This document shows, in pieces, positions 30,237 through 39,418 of a stretch of DNA of 64,000 nt. Position 1 is the stretch's first letter. Each line of letters starts with the position of its first letter. The stretch spans positions 43,952 to 107,951 of the forward strand of contig JAFGMC010000006.1 in assembly GCA_016927735.1 (NCBI GenBank). Direction: 5' to 3'. The DNA comes from Alphaproteobacteria bacterium. GTDB lineage: Bacteria > Pseudomonadota > Alphaproteobacteria > Rs-D84. The position numbers and the translations under genes are program-made. Under the pieces are notes generated by a model. The model searched no databases, had not been told where the DNA came from, and was given only the letters and a program-made list of their open reading frames with translations.

Positions 30237-31076
30237 TTATTTCTTTTTAATTGCAACTGCAAAAATTGCTGCACCTGCAAAAAACATCAAAGCCGACAAT
30301 AACTGTCCCATGGTCAGACCCCAAGTGGTCAAAAATCCGATTTGAACGTCTGGTGCGCGAAACTGTTCGCAAATTATTCGCAGTACTGCATATAACATTG
30401 CAAAAGAACCAGACAAAGCACCAATATTTTCACGCAATTTTGTAAAACGCCATAATGAAAACATTATTATAAACAGTAATATACCTTCCATTCCTGCTTC
30501 GTACAATGGGCTGGGATGACGTGGAACAGATTCATGTCCTGCAAAAACAACCCCCCAAGATTTATTGGTCATGCGTCCCATTACTTCCATATTTATAAAA
30601 TTAGCGATTCTGCCAAAAAATAAACCTATGGGGGCAACAACTGCAATTACATCCATTATTTTGAACGATCCATTAAACCAAGTTTTAAACGTTATTTTTT
30701 TATCAGACTTTTGTTTTTCAAGCTTTACAGCAAATAATATTACAGATATTAAAACACCTAATAATCCGCCATGAAAACTCATACCGCCTTTCCATACAGC
30801 CAGAATTTCTAATGGATGATTCAAGAAAAATGAAAGGTTATAAAATAATACATAACCCAGTCGTCCACCAATTATAACACCCAGAACAACTGCTGTGAAT
30901 AAATCATCAAAATGTTTTTCAGATAAATTTACACCATTTTTTTTATCTGACATTAAACGGCGGAATATCCAAAAGCCAATTAAAAAAGCCGCAACATATG
31001 CCAGCGCATACCAACGTATATCAAGGCCAAAAATAGAAAATGCAACCGGCGATATTGGATTAATTATTATAGCCAT
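30237..31076 (-). CDS. lgt: prolipoprotein diacylglyceryl transferase
   Basis: Polytopic 279-aa protein with Lgt-like pattern (…HPSPLYEAGMEGIL…). Confidence 0.85.
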   Translation of the reverse strand: MAIIINPISPVAFSIFGLDIRWYALAYVAAFLIGFWIFRRLMSDKKNGVNLSEKHFDDLFTAVVLGVIIGGRLGYVLFYNLSFFLNHPLEILAVWKGGMSFHGGLLGVLISVILFAVKLEKQKSDKKITFKTWFNGSFKIMDVIAVVAPIGLFFGRIANFINMEVMGRMTNKSWGVVFAGHESVPRHPSPLYEAGMEGILLFIIMFSLWRFTKLRENIGALSGSFAMLYAVLRIICEQFRAPDVQIGFLTTWGLTMGQLLSALMFFAGAAIFAVAIKKK

Positions 31077-31088
31077 TTTAACACCTCC

Positions 31089-31367
31089 TTAACGATTTTT
31101 AGAATTTAACATTCTGCCCTTTTCAAGAGCAATTGATTGATTTAGATTTTCAATAGATTCTTTTAATTTTTTTGCAAGAACAGTCCCATCATTATGAGAG
31201 TTACCCTCTTCTATCAAATCCCTTTTTAATTTATCTAATCTTTCTTCGTATTCTTGTAAAACTTTTGACAAATTAACCCTATTCGACAGAGTCTCTGCAT
31301 TTTTCTTAAAATAATCTGTCATTTGATTTTTTTCAATTGAATGATTACAAATAATATCATCTGGCAT
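31089..31367 (-). CDS. small coiled-coil protein, paralog 1 of 3
   Basis: 92 aa; C-terminal motif IENLNQSIALEKGR is shared with the two upstream genes. Confidence 0.35.
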   Translation of the reverse strand: MPDDIICNHSIEKNQMTDYFKKNAETLSNRVNLSKVLQEYEERLDKLKRDLIEEGNSHNDGTVLAKKLKESIENLNQSIALEKGRMLNSKNR

Positions 31368-31429
31368 AATATCAAAATCCTTTATAAATATTAAAAATAA
31401 TTGTATTACAGCACTATAAAAATTTTAAC

Positions 31430-31675
31430 TTATTTTTTAATCTTGTAACGTTTATATGACTGTTTCAGGTTCTCAACTATTTCTTTTTGTTTCTCCATAC
31501 GTTTAGCAGATGTTTCAGCCTCTTTCTTCATTTTATTTAATTTTAATATGGCTTTTTCAAGTTCATCTGAAAAATTGGCTTCTTTTTCTGATTTGGTATG
31601 TTTTTTCCGCATATCCGGTTTTGGTCCGGTTTTTTTTATTTTTTCTTTACGAATACTTTCAGAAATTCTTGGCAT
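31430..31675 (-). CDS. small Lys-rich coiled-coil protein, paralog 2 of 3
   Basis: 81 aa; ...IVENLKQSYKRYK. Confidence 0.35.
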   Translation of the reverse strand: MPRISESIRKEKIKKTGPKPDMRKKHTKSEKEANFSDELEKAILKLNKMKKEAETSAKRMEKQKEIVENLKQSYKRYKIKK

Positions 31676-31678
31676 AAT

Positions 31679-31936
31679 TTACCCTTGTTTTCTATTACCA
31701 ATTAACTCTCTCAGCTTTACCTTTTCCTGATTAACCGATTGCTTTAAATTGTTTATAATTTCCATTAATTGCCAAGCACGCGTCGTCTCTTCACCATTTT
31801 TCGCAGTTTCTGAATTCAGTTCTGCTTTGAATTTTCTTGTTCTGGACTCGTAATCCTTTATCAATTCATCAATATCAGCCAATCTATCATATTTAGGGGC
31901 ATTATTATCTTTTAAAAACTTACCTTTGTTTGCCAT
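31679..31936 (-). CDS. small coiled-coil protein, paralog 3 of 3
   Basis: 85 aa; ...IINNLKQSVNQEKVKLREL. Confidence 0.35.
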   Translation of the reverse strand: MANKGKFLKDNNAPKYDRLADIDELIKDYESRTRKFKAELNSETAKNGEETTRAWQLMEIINNLKQSVNQEKVKLRELIGNRKQG

Positions 31937-32010
31937 TATTGTCCCCTTTGACCTTGAAATACATAGTTCACTATATTATACTGAGTTTGTAAATAACAAG
32001 GAGAAAATTT

Positions 32011-32730
32011 ATGGTCACTAAAAAGTCAGGTATACAATCTGTACCAGCGCAAAGTGGTATGGGTCTTTATTTAAAACGCATTTTTACACTTATGTTTGGG
32101 GCGGTCGGTATTACTGCAATTGTCACTTGGTTCACAATATATGGTGGCGGAATCAGATTGTTGGTTAATCAGGGCGGGATGTCAGGTTTATATTATATTG
32201 TGATATTTGGTGCATTTGCCCTATCCATTTGGGCACAAGCACGCGCGTTCAGTATGAAACCTTCAACAGCGGCTTTATTACTGGCCATATACTCTGCTTT
32301 AATAGGTTTTGGAATTACACCATTGGTATGGGGCGCATTATCAGTTAATCCTGCATCTATACTGCAAGCTTTTGTAATTTCTGCATTAATGTTCGGTTCT
32401 ATGGCTTTGTTTGGATATAAAACTGTAAAAGATTTATCTTTTATGGGCGTATTTTTACAATTGGGTATGATCGGTCTGATACTGGTTGGTGTGTTTTCAA
32501 TATTCTGGCCACTGGGCAGTGGATTTGCAACAATCGTAAGTCTGATTGGTGTTCTGCTGTTTGCATTATTTACCGCTTATGACATGCAATTCTTGAAACG
32601 TGCATATGCACAATTGGGCAATGATACACAAAAGAATCAACTGGCTGTTTTGGGCGCATTGCATTTATATATTGCATTTATTGCAATGTTCCAGTATATT
32701 CTAAGTCTGTTAAATCTAAGCAGGAGATAA
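32011..32730 (+). CDS. Bax-inhibitor-1/YccA-family membrane protein
   Basis: Seven hydrophobic segments; C-terminal ...AVLGALHLYIAFIAMFQYILSLL matches the BI-1 signature region. Confidence 0.65.
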   Translation: MVTKKSGIQSVPAQSGMGLYLKRIFTLMFGAVGITAIVTWFTIYGGGIRLLVNQGGMSGLYYIVIFGAFALSIWAQARAFSMKPSTAALLLAIYSALIGFGITPLVWGALSVNPASILQAFVISALMFGSMALFGYKTVKDLSFMGVFLQLGMIGLILVGVFSIFWPLGSGFATIVSLIGVLLFALFTAYDMQFLKRAYAQLGNDTQKNQLAVLGALHLYIAFIAMFQYILSLLNLSRR

Positions 32731-32733
32731 AAA

Positions 32734-32916
32734 ATGGCTTATAAAATCGATCCAGTAAAATGCATGGGTTGCGGGGCTTGTAAGAGTGTATGCCCAGTTG
32801 ATGCAATCAGCAAAAATGAAACAACAGGAAAATATCAAATAGACGCTACAAAATGCATATCTTGTGGTTCATGTGCTGGTGTTTGCCCTGCAAATGCAAT
32901 CTCTATTGATGCCTAA
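32734..32916 (+). CDS. 2x[4Fe-4S] ferredoxin
   Basis: CMGCGACKSVCP and CISCGSCAGVCP. Confidence 0.85.
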   Translation: MAYKIDPVKCMGCGACKSVCPVDAISKNETTGKYQIDATKCISCGSCAGVCPANAISIDA

Positions 32917-32929
32917 AAAAATCAAAATT

Positions 32930-32966
32930 AAAAAAAGAGGGGCAAATGTCCCTCTTTTTTTGTTAA
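32930..32966 (+). terminator. intrinsic terminator
   Basis: aagagggg-caaatgt-cccctctt plus T7. Confidence 0.8.
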
Positions 32967-33027
32967 AGCTATTGCAAAAGTCACAATTCGTGTATAATAT
33001 GAGGTTGTAATATTCAGGGATAAAAAA

Positions 33028-34389
33028 ATGCCAGCAAAAACAATTAATGACATAGTTGCACTTTGTAAACGTCGTGGATTTATATTCACAGGATCCGAAA
33101 TTTATGGTGGATTGGGTGGTGCGTATGATTATGGTCCATACGGTGTAGAGTTAATGAAAAACATCCGCAATGCATGGTGGAATGCGATGGTATATTCACG
33201 TGACGATATAGAGGGTTTAGATGCAGCATTAATCAGTAACAGATTACTCTGGAAATATTCTGGACACGAGGCTGGGTTTTCCGATCCATTGGTTGAATGC
33301 AAAAAATGTGGTACGCGGATGCGCCAAGATAAAATGAAGGATTCAAAGAAATGTGATGCCTGTGGCAGTGCAGATTTAATGGAACCACGTGCATACCAAT
33401 TAATGATGGGATTATCAATCGGTGCAACGACCGATGGTGCAACAAATGCATACTTACGTCCAGAAACAGCAACCACCACTTATACCAATTTCAAAAATGT
33501 TTTGGATTCTACCCCTCACAAATTACCATTTGGTATTGTCCAAATTGGTAAGGCGTTTCGAAATGAAATCAGCCCACGTGGATTCGTTTTTCGTATGCGT
33601 GAATTTGAACAGGCCGAATTACAATATTTTGTAAAACCAGAAGAAGATGAAAAGTATTTTGATGAATGGAAAAATACACGTATGGCTTGGTGGATTGAAC
33701 AATTGGGAATCCCAGCCGACAAACTGCGTTTTACCCCACATGAAAAATTGGCGCACTATGCCAAGGCAGCTATTGACATTGAATATGAATTTCCGGATGG
33801 CTTTGACGAGGTAGAAGGTATTCATAACAGACAAGATTTTGATTTGGGATCACATACAAAATCCCAAAAAGAATTCAAAATTAATGCAACTGTTTTAGAA
33901 AATACTGACAGTATAACAAAGCTTTCTTTCAGCGACCCACAAACAGGGGAAAACTTTATACCATACGTTATCGAAACCGCAATGGGGGTTAACCGTTGTA
34001 TGTTGGCAATTATGCATAATGCATATACTGATGAAGATCTGGGTGATGAAAAATCCCGCATAGTTTTAAAATTAAAACCAAACCTGTCACCAGTAAAGGC
34101 TGCCGTTATTCCATTGGCGCGCAATGTTCCAGAATTATTAAAAACAGCTGATAAAATTGTCGGTGATTTACGTAAACTGGGGATTGGGCGTATCGAATTG
34201 GAAAACAGTGGAAATATTGGAAAGAATTATCGCAGACATGATGAAATCGGAACCCCGGTTTGTATTACTGTTGACCACCAATCATTGGAAGATAAAATGG
34301 TAACACTGCGTCATCGCGACAGTATGGAACAAGAACGTGTTGCAATAAAAGATATCCAAAAGAAATTACTAGAAATAATAAACAAATAA
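33028..34389 (+). CDS. glyQS: glycyl-tRNA synthetase, alpha2 dimeric (eukaryote/Gram-positive) type
   Basis: 453 aa single-chain class II aaRS, YGGLGGAYDYGPYG..., ending in an anticodon-binding domain. Confidence 0.85.
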   Translation: MPAKTINDIVALCKRRGFIFTGSEIYGGLGGAYDYGPYGVELMKNIRNAWWNAMVYSRDDIEGLDAALISNRLLWKYSGHEAGFSDPLVECKKCGTRMRQDKMKDSKKCDACGSADLMEPRAYQLMMGLSIGATTDGATNAYLRPETATTTYTNFKNVLDSTPHKLPFGIVQIGKAFRNEISPRGFVFRMREFEQAELQYFVKPEEDEKYFDEWKNTRMAWWIEQLGIPADKLRFTPHEKLAHYAKAAIDIEYEFPDGFDEVEGIHNRQDFDLGSHTKSQKEFKINATVLENTDSITKLSFSDPQTGENFIPYVIETAMGVNRCMLAIMHNAYTDEDLGDEKSRIVLKLKPNLSPVKAAVIPLARNVPELLKTADKIVGDLRKLGIGRIELENSGNIGKNYRRHDEIGTPVCITVDHQSLEDKMVTLRHRDSMEQERVAIKDIQKKLLEIINK

Positions 34390-34418
34390 AAAAACTCCCG
34401 TTTGGGAGTTTTTTTATT
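34389..34418. terminator. bidirectional terminator
   Basis: aaaaaa-ctcccgtttgggag-ttttttt. Confidence 0.8.
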
Positions 34419-34953
34419 AAGCCGCACGCTGTCTTTGCAATAACCACAAAGCCATAATATTTTGTTGTGAATTTTGAAACCTTTGTTGATTGTTCTGAAT
34501 TGCGAACTCTTTCTTCTCAGGTTCAAATTCTTTGACCTTATCGTTTAATGATTGCAAACCCTGACTTGTCCACTTACTACCAATTTCTGACCATTCTTTT
34601 ATTTTTTCAGGTGGACAATCAATCTTTTCGTTTGAATTCTGATTAGTCATAATGATTCTGGACATTCTGGATTTACCCACCGCCGCAACTTCACGTAAAT
34701 ATTTTGTTGCAGGATTATTTTGGGTTTTGGTCGCAATAAAACTGTCAACCTGATTCAACGCCTTTTGCCATGCAGACCCCAAGCTTGAACCATTTATCCA
34801 ATTTGTCCATGCCAATCCAAAAAATAAATCACCCACCCCTTTTTCAATAGGTTTCTTATCTTCTGGTGATAATTTTTTTTCATTTAATTGTGCTGGCGGA
34901 TTTGCAAACAGCATCGCCAATTTCTTTTCAAGAATTTGATTTGTATTATTCAT
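34417..34953 (-). CDS. hypothetical protein (start reassigned to MNNTNQ, SD aaggag)
   Basis: 178 aa, contains FGLAWTNWINGSSLGSAWQKAL; no recognisable family. Confidence 0.3.
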   Translation of the reverse strand: MNNTNQILEKKLAMLFANPPAQLNEKKLSPEDKKPIEKGVGDLFFGLAWTNWINGSSLGSAWQKALNQVDSFIATKTQNNPATKYLREVAAVGKSRMSRIIMTNQNSNEKIDCPPEKIKEWSEIGSKWTSQGLQSLNDKVKEFEPEKKEFAIQNNQQRFQNSQQNIMALWLLQRQRAA

Positions 34954-35244
34954 GGTGGACTCCTTATTTTTTGTTTTGAACCGGTCCCCCAGTTCTACAA
35001 TAAATAGTGAATAATAAAAATATTTCAAGCCCCCAAATTAAATAAATTGGGAAAAAGTTCCCCTTAAGATATTTAGCACAAAGTGTCAAGATAAAAGATA
35101 TTTTGACATATTTGACCAATTGTTGCACGATAACAGGGTTGTATCAAAAGACACGCTGTTGCTAATAATGGGCGGCATGGGTATAACAACCAGTTTTGCC
35201 AATAATGGGGGCTGGGGTTTCATCAAATAACAAGGAGTTTATAG

Positions 35245-36327
35245 ATGAAAAAGACTTTAAAAATGGCAATCGCAGCTTCCGTATTAACGGCACCTGCAAT
35301 GGCTGCAAATTTAGAAAATCCACTTTATATACCAGCAACGGGTGAGTATTATTCAAAAACAGGTGCCGGTGTTATGTACAAACAAACAGACCATTCTGCT
35401 GCATTAGAAGCAAAGAATTGGGATGGACAAGAAGAATTTCCGATCTGGCGTTTATCTGAAGATGCAGGATATGGTATTACAGACCGTTTATCTGTGACTG
35501 CAAAATTGGGTTATACCAATGACGAAGACATTCTGCGCAAGGGCTTGCACAATGGTCGTGTAGGCGTATTATACCGTATATTTGATGGCATAGAATCACC
35601 ATTCGTTTGGGACGTTTACGCTGACATTCACTTGGGTGGTGCAACAGCCATGGAAGCAACATTGATTCCAGTTAATGGACCATCGTTTGGATTTAACTAT
35701 GACAACTATACAAACGGACGTTGGGGTTTCTTTGCCGGAACACGTGTTGGTAAAACATGGGATAAATTTACAGGATCTGTATTCGGTGAAATTCATCAAA
35801 CATTCGGAAACAACAATAACGTTATAACAATATCTGATGGTGCAAAAACACTTATTACCGCAATGCTTACACCTTCTATTGGTGCAGGTTTAGCCGGTGC
35901 ATACACAGCAGGTTTACCAGCTGACTTTAATGTAGACTTGAAAAGCACAACAGAATATATGACAGGTATTAATGGCTTTTATCAGTTAAATGATACTTGG
36001 TCATTGGGCAGTGGTTTCAGTGTTAGACATCGTGCAACTAATACAATCGAAGCTGTTAACTTGAATAACTCTTCTGATTTGGCAACACTTTCTGGTGGTG
36101 CAGTCACAACAGAACAAATAACAGCCAGCTTGGCAGATGGTTTTATCGGCAGTATGTATGATGGTATGGACGAATATGTTTTGTCTTTCGCTGTTTCACA
36201 TAAGCTGACAAACACAATGCAAGTTTCATTGTATGGCGAATACACATTTGATGATTCTGATCAAAAATCACAAAATGGAACAGATGTAAAAGCAGAAGCT
36301 GGCGTTCGCCTCAACGTTGCTTTCTAA
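35245..36327 (+). CDS. outer-membrane beta-barrel protein (porin-like)
   Basis: Signal peptide MKKTLKMAIAASVLTAPAMA, alternating amphipathic strands, C-terminal ...RLNVAF (terminal Phe). Confidence 0.55.
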   Translation: MKKTLKMAIAASVLTAPAMAANLENPLYIPATGEYYSKTGAGVMYKQTDHSAALEAKNWDGQEEFPIWRLSEDAGYGITDRLSVTAKLGYTNDEDILRKGLHNGRVGVLYRIFDGIESPFVWDVYADIHLGGATAMEATLIPVNGPSFGFNYDNYTNGRWGFFAGTRVGKTWDKFTGSVFGEIHQTFGNNNNVITISDGAKTLITAMLTPSIGAGLAGAYTAGLPADFNVDLKSTTEYMTGINGFYQLNDTWSLGSGFSVRHRATNTIEAVNLNNSSDLATLSGGAVTTEQITASLADGFIGSMYDGMDEYVLSFAVSHKLTNTMQVSLYGEYTFDDSDQKSQNGTDVKAEAGVRLNVAF

Positions 36328-36354
36328 AAAACAAAAAAATAATATCGGACACAA

Positions 36355-36390
36355 AAACAAACCCGCATTTATGTGGGTTTGTTTTATTTA
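36355..36390 (+). terminator. intrinsic terminator
   Basis: aaacccgcatttatgtgggttt plus gttttattt. Confidence 0.75.
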
Positions 36391-36451
36391 ATATCGCTTT
36401 TCTCTGATTCCATTTTATGATATAATAATTGCAAATAAAGATGGAAAAAGA

Positions 36452-37552
36452 ATGAAAAAATCAGGTATTTCTGCTACTTTGGTAACGGTTGTTTTTGCGA
36501 TACCCTTGGTTGCAAACGGTGCTTATCCTGCTTATCCAATGTATCAAACGAATGGTCAGGTTTTACAACAGGGAATCACATACCAACAACCAACACAGCA
36601 AATTGTATATCAACAACAAAACCCTGTTGTGCAAGCAAACTCTGTTGTCGCATCAAATCCCACAAGAATAACTGGTACTTTACCACGTGTTGGATCCAAT
36701 GTGACCAATGCTGGTCGTCAATATTATCAACCAGCTGATTACGACAGATTGGCTGATAGCGGCCTTTATATCGGACTTTCTTTGGGGTATTCTGCATCTG
36801 TCAGTGGTGCAATGAATGCTGATTATAAAAACGAACAAAATGCTTTCTTTGTACCTGGTGCATTTAAAGAGGCAACTTTTGATTCAGAAACTATCATGCC
36901 ATTACAATTTTCTGTTGGTGCTGCCATAAACAATGATGTTCGTGTTGATTTCTCTTATACACGTTATAAAGGTATCGAATATCCTGGATCTGTTATGTCA
37001 TCTGATGGTGCTGGTGGATTTGTTAAAACCCAGGCAACTGGTGGTGCAATTACTTCTAATGCAACAATGTTGAATCTTTATTATAATGTTGATTCTTATA
37101 CGGGATATTTGGCTGGCGGTTCTATGCGTCCTTATATCGGTGCTGGTGTTGGTATTTCTTTGAACACAATCGCGGACTATGTAATTTTAGATAATACTTT
37201 TTATTCTGAAAAAGACCCAGCAGAGGCATCAGCAGGTGAATTAACCGGAATTTCTGATATATATGCATACCATAATGGTGGAACATCTGAAAATCTTACA
37301 TATATGCTCGAAGGTGGTGTAACAACTGAATTAGAAGGCGGGATAAAACTTGATTTCTTTGTAAGATACAGCGGATTGGGTAATGTAAGAACATCTGGCA
37401 GCATTGTTGTATCACAAACAGAATGGTTGGGTGATGGTGCCGGTGGTGAATACGAAGCTTCTTATGATAGCGTATTCCATTATACAAATTGGTATGAAAC
37501 TGGAAATCTGGGAACTGTTGATCTGGGCGTCAGAATGAGATTACAGTTCTAA
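36452..37552 (+). CDS. outer-membrane beta-barrel protein with Q-rich N-terminal region
   Basis: Signal peptide; QQGITYQQPTQQIVYQQQNPVVQ; C-terminal ...RMRLQF. Confidence 0.55.
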   Translation: MKKSGISATLVTVVFAIPLVANGAYPAYPMYQTNGQVLQQGITYQQPTQQIVYQQQNPVVQANSVVASNPTRITGTLPRVGSNVTNAGRQYYQPADYDRLADSGLYIGLSLGYSASVSGAMNADYKNEQNAFFVPGAFKEATFDSETIMPLQFSVGAAINNDVRVDFSYTRYKGIEYPGSVMSSDGAGGFVKTQATGGAITSNATMLNLYYNVDSYTGYLAGGSMRPYIGAGVGISLNTIADYVILDNTFYSEKDPAEASAGELTGISDIYAYHNGGTSENLTYMLEGGVTTELEGGIKLDFFVRYSGLGNVRTSGSIVVSQTEWLGDGAGGEYEASYDSVFHYTNWYETGNLGTVDLGVRMRLQF

Positions 37553-37560
37553 TATAAAAA

Positions 37561-39168
37561 ATGAATAAAAAATTATTAATTTTATCTTTGCCATACATAT
37601 TATCGATTATACCAATTTCTGGTTGGGCTGATATACGTGTCGGTAATCATTCGCGCAGTTATGCTGATGATTATAATCAGGTTGCAGCATTACAACAATC
37701 ACAATACACTGTATCAACAGACAGTCTTCCTGTACGCGTTGCAAATACAGACTTGGCCACACGAATTGCGAATGGTGACACAACAGCAAATATTAATGTC
37801 AGCAATTTGGAATCTTGTGCAAATATTTATCCAGGCGGAAGTTTTGCCTGGGATACCCCAACCGCTGGTTTAAAAGCTGGAAATTCTTCTACTTGTATTG
37901 CGGTTGTTGAAATGCGTGTGGTAAAAGGGACCAGTGATATTATCGTTGCCCGTGCAAACATTGCATCTGGGGACTCTATTAAATGTAACATCAGCGAATT
38001 TCCAGAATCTTCTTATACTGTCGAGGCTGGAAATGTCATATTCCCAGCAGATACAGAACCCACAATGGACGATGTTATAAAGGTTATGAATAACGAGCAA
38101 AAAAAGAACGCTGGATTTAAAATTGCAGCTGGTGCGGTTGTTGGTGGTTTACTGGGAAATGCAGCTGGTAAAAATGATTTGGGGGAATCTGGATTAATTG
38201 GTACCAGTGATAGTAAGGTCAAAGGAACCGCAATTGGTTTATTATCTGGCGCGGCATTAATGGCCGGCAGTGCATATTCTGGCAAGGTTGGTGGTGATGT
38301 AATTATGTCAGCGGGGGTAAATGCGGCGGCCGGTGGTGTCGTTGGGAATATGGTCAGCAATGGTGATTCTGCTTTACGTATTGAAGATTGCTTGGATTTA
38401 AATGGTTATAATACAAAATGTCTATGGGGTATAATTGAAAAAAATAAACCTTTGGATTATGCAACTGAAATTGGATTTTATAATATAAATACTTCTAAAA
38501 CAATGGTTTGTAAATCAGATTATTCTGGTTGCAATGAAGAACGTCTGATTGCAATTTCTTTTGGTACTGAAAAAGATGATTATAAATCTGTTGAACAAGG
38601 TGCAACCGATCAAGGATTTTTAAAAATACGTAAAAACAAAGATAAACAATTTACATATGATGGTAAAGTTATGACCCAGGGTTATACTAATGATCCAGGT
38701 GGTATATGGACACCAATTGCATCTGCTGGTCGTCCTGGCGAACGCATCAATGCAATGATTCCTGACTTTAAAGATAAAACTTTTGGCGCTAAAATTTCCG
38801 ACTGGTATAAATGGCGAAATGAAAATATGGCAAATGCAGTTATTATCGGACGCAATAACAAGGGTGAATCAACTGTAAAATTAGATGAAAATATTATGGA
38901 TTTCTATCCAATTACTGTTGATGCCAGTGATGGTGGTTTGATTGATATAAATAACAAGGCACGTATGAAAAGTACTGTTGTTGGTGCTGGTGCTGGTGCT
39001 GGTATTGGCGCATTTACTGCATACCAGGGTGCGAACGACGAAATTGATGCACGTTGGATTTCTGCGGTTACAGAATACAAAGACTCTTTACAAAAAGTCT
39101 ATTGCGCAACTGGAACACGTTTCTTGTCACAGTATAATGATTTGGCCATCATTCCAAACATGCAATAA
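37561..39168 (+). CDS. secreted protein with Gly-zipper-like central segment
   Basis: Signal peptide MNKKLLILSLPYILSIIPISGWA; GAVVGGLLGNAAG...GLLSGAALMAGSAYSG...AAGGVVGNMV; VVGAGAGAGIGAF. Confidence 0.35.
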   Translation: MNKKLLILSLPYILSIIPISGWADIRVGNHSRSYADDYNQVAALQQSQYTVSTDSLPVRVANTDLATRIANGDTTANINVSNLESCANIYPGGSFAWDTPTAGLKAGNSSTCIAVVEMRVVKGTSDIIVARANIASGDSIKCNISEFPESSYTVEAGNVIFPADTEPTMDDVIKVMNNEQKKNAGFKIAAGAVVGGLLGNAAGKNDLGESGLIGTSDSKVKGTAIGLLSGAALMAGSAYSGKVGGDVIMSAGVNAAAGGVVGNMVSNGDSALRIEDCLDLNGYNTKCLWGIIEKNKPLDYATEIGFYNINTSKTMVCKSDYSGCNEERLIAISFGTEKDDYKSVEQGATDQGFLKIRKNKDKQFTYDGKVMTQGYTNDPGGIWTPIASAGRPGERINAMIPDFKDKTFGAKISDWYKWRNENMANAVIIGRNNKGESTVKLDENIMDFYPITVDASDGGLIDINNKARMKSTVVGAGAGAGIGAFTAYQGANDEIDARWISAVTEYKDSLQKVYCATGTRFLSQYNDLAIIPNMQ

Positions 39169-39189
39169 ATTAAATAAAAGGTTTTAACA

Positions 39190-39396
39190 ATGCCAAAATT
39201 AGAAGAATCTTCAGAATCAAAACATTTCTTTGAAGACTCTATGAAGATATTTAACATGCTTGTAAAAGGTGAAATAAATCGTGATGATTTAGCTAATTCT
39301 GAAACACGTGAAAAAATATTAAAAGATATAGAAAAAAATCGACCCGTTAAAACTTTAAAGAATAATGTTAAGAAACCTAATATTATTGAACGATAA
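39190..39396 (+). CDS. hypothetical small protein
   Basis: 68-aa ORF 21 nt after the previous gene. Confidence 0.2.
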   Translation: MPKLEESSESKHFFEDSMKIFNMLVKGEINRDDLANSETREKILKDIEKNRPVKTLKNNVKKPNIIER

Positions 39397-39418
39397 AAAA
39401 GGACATACGCCCTTTTTT

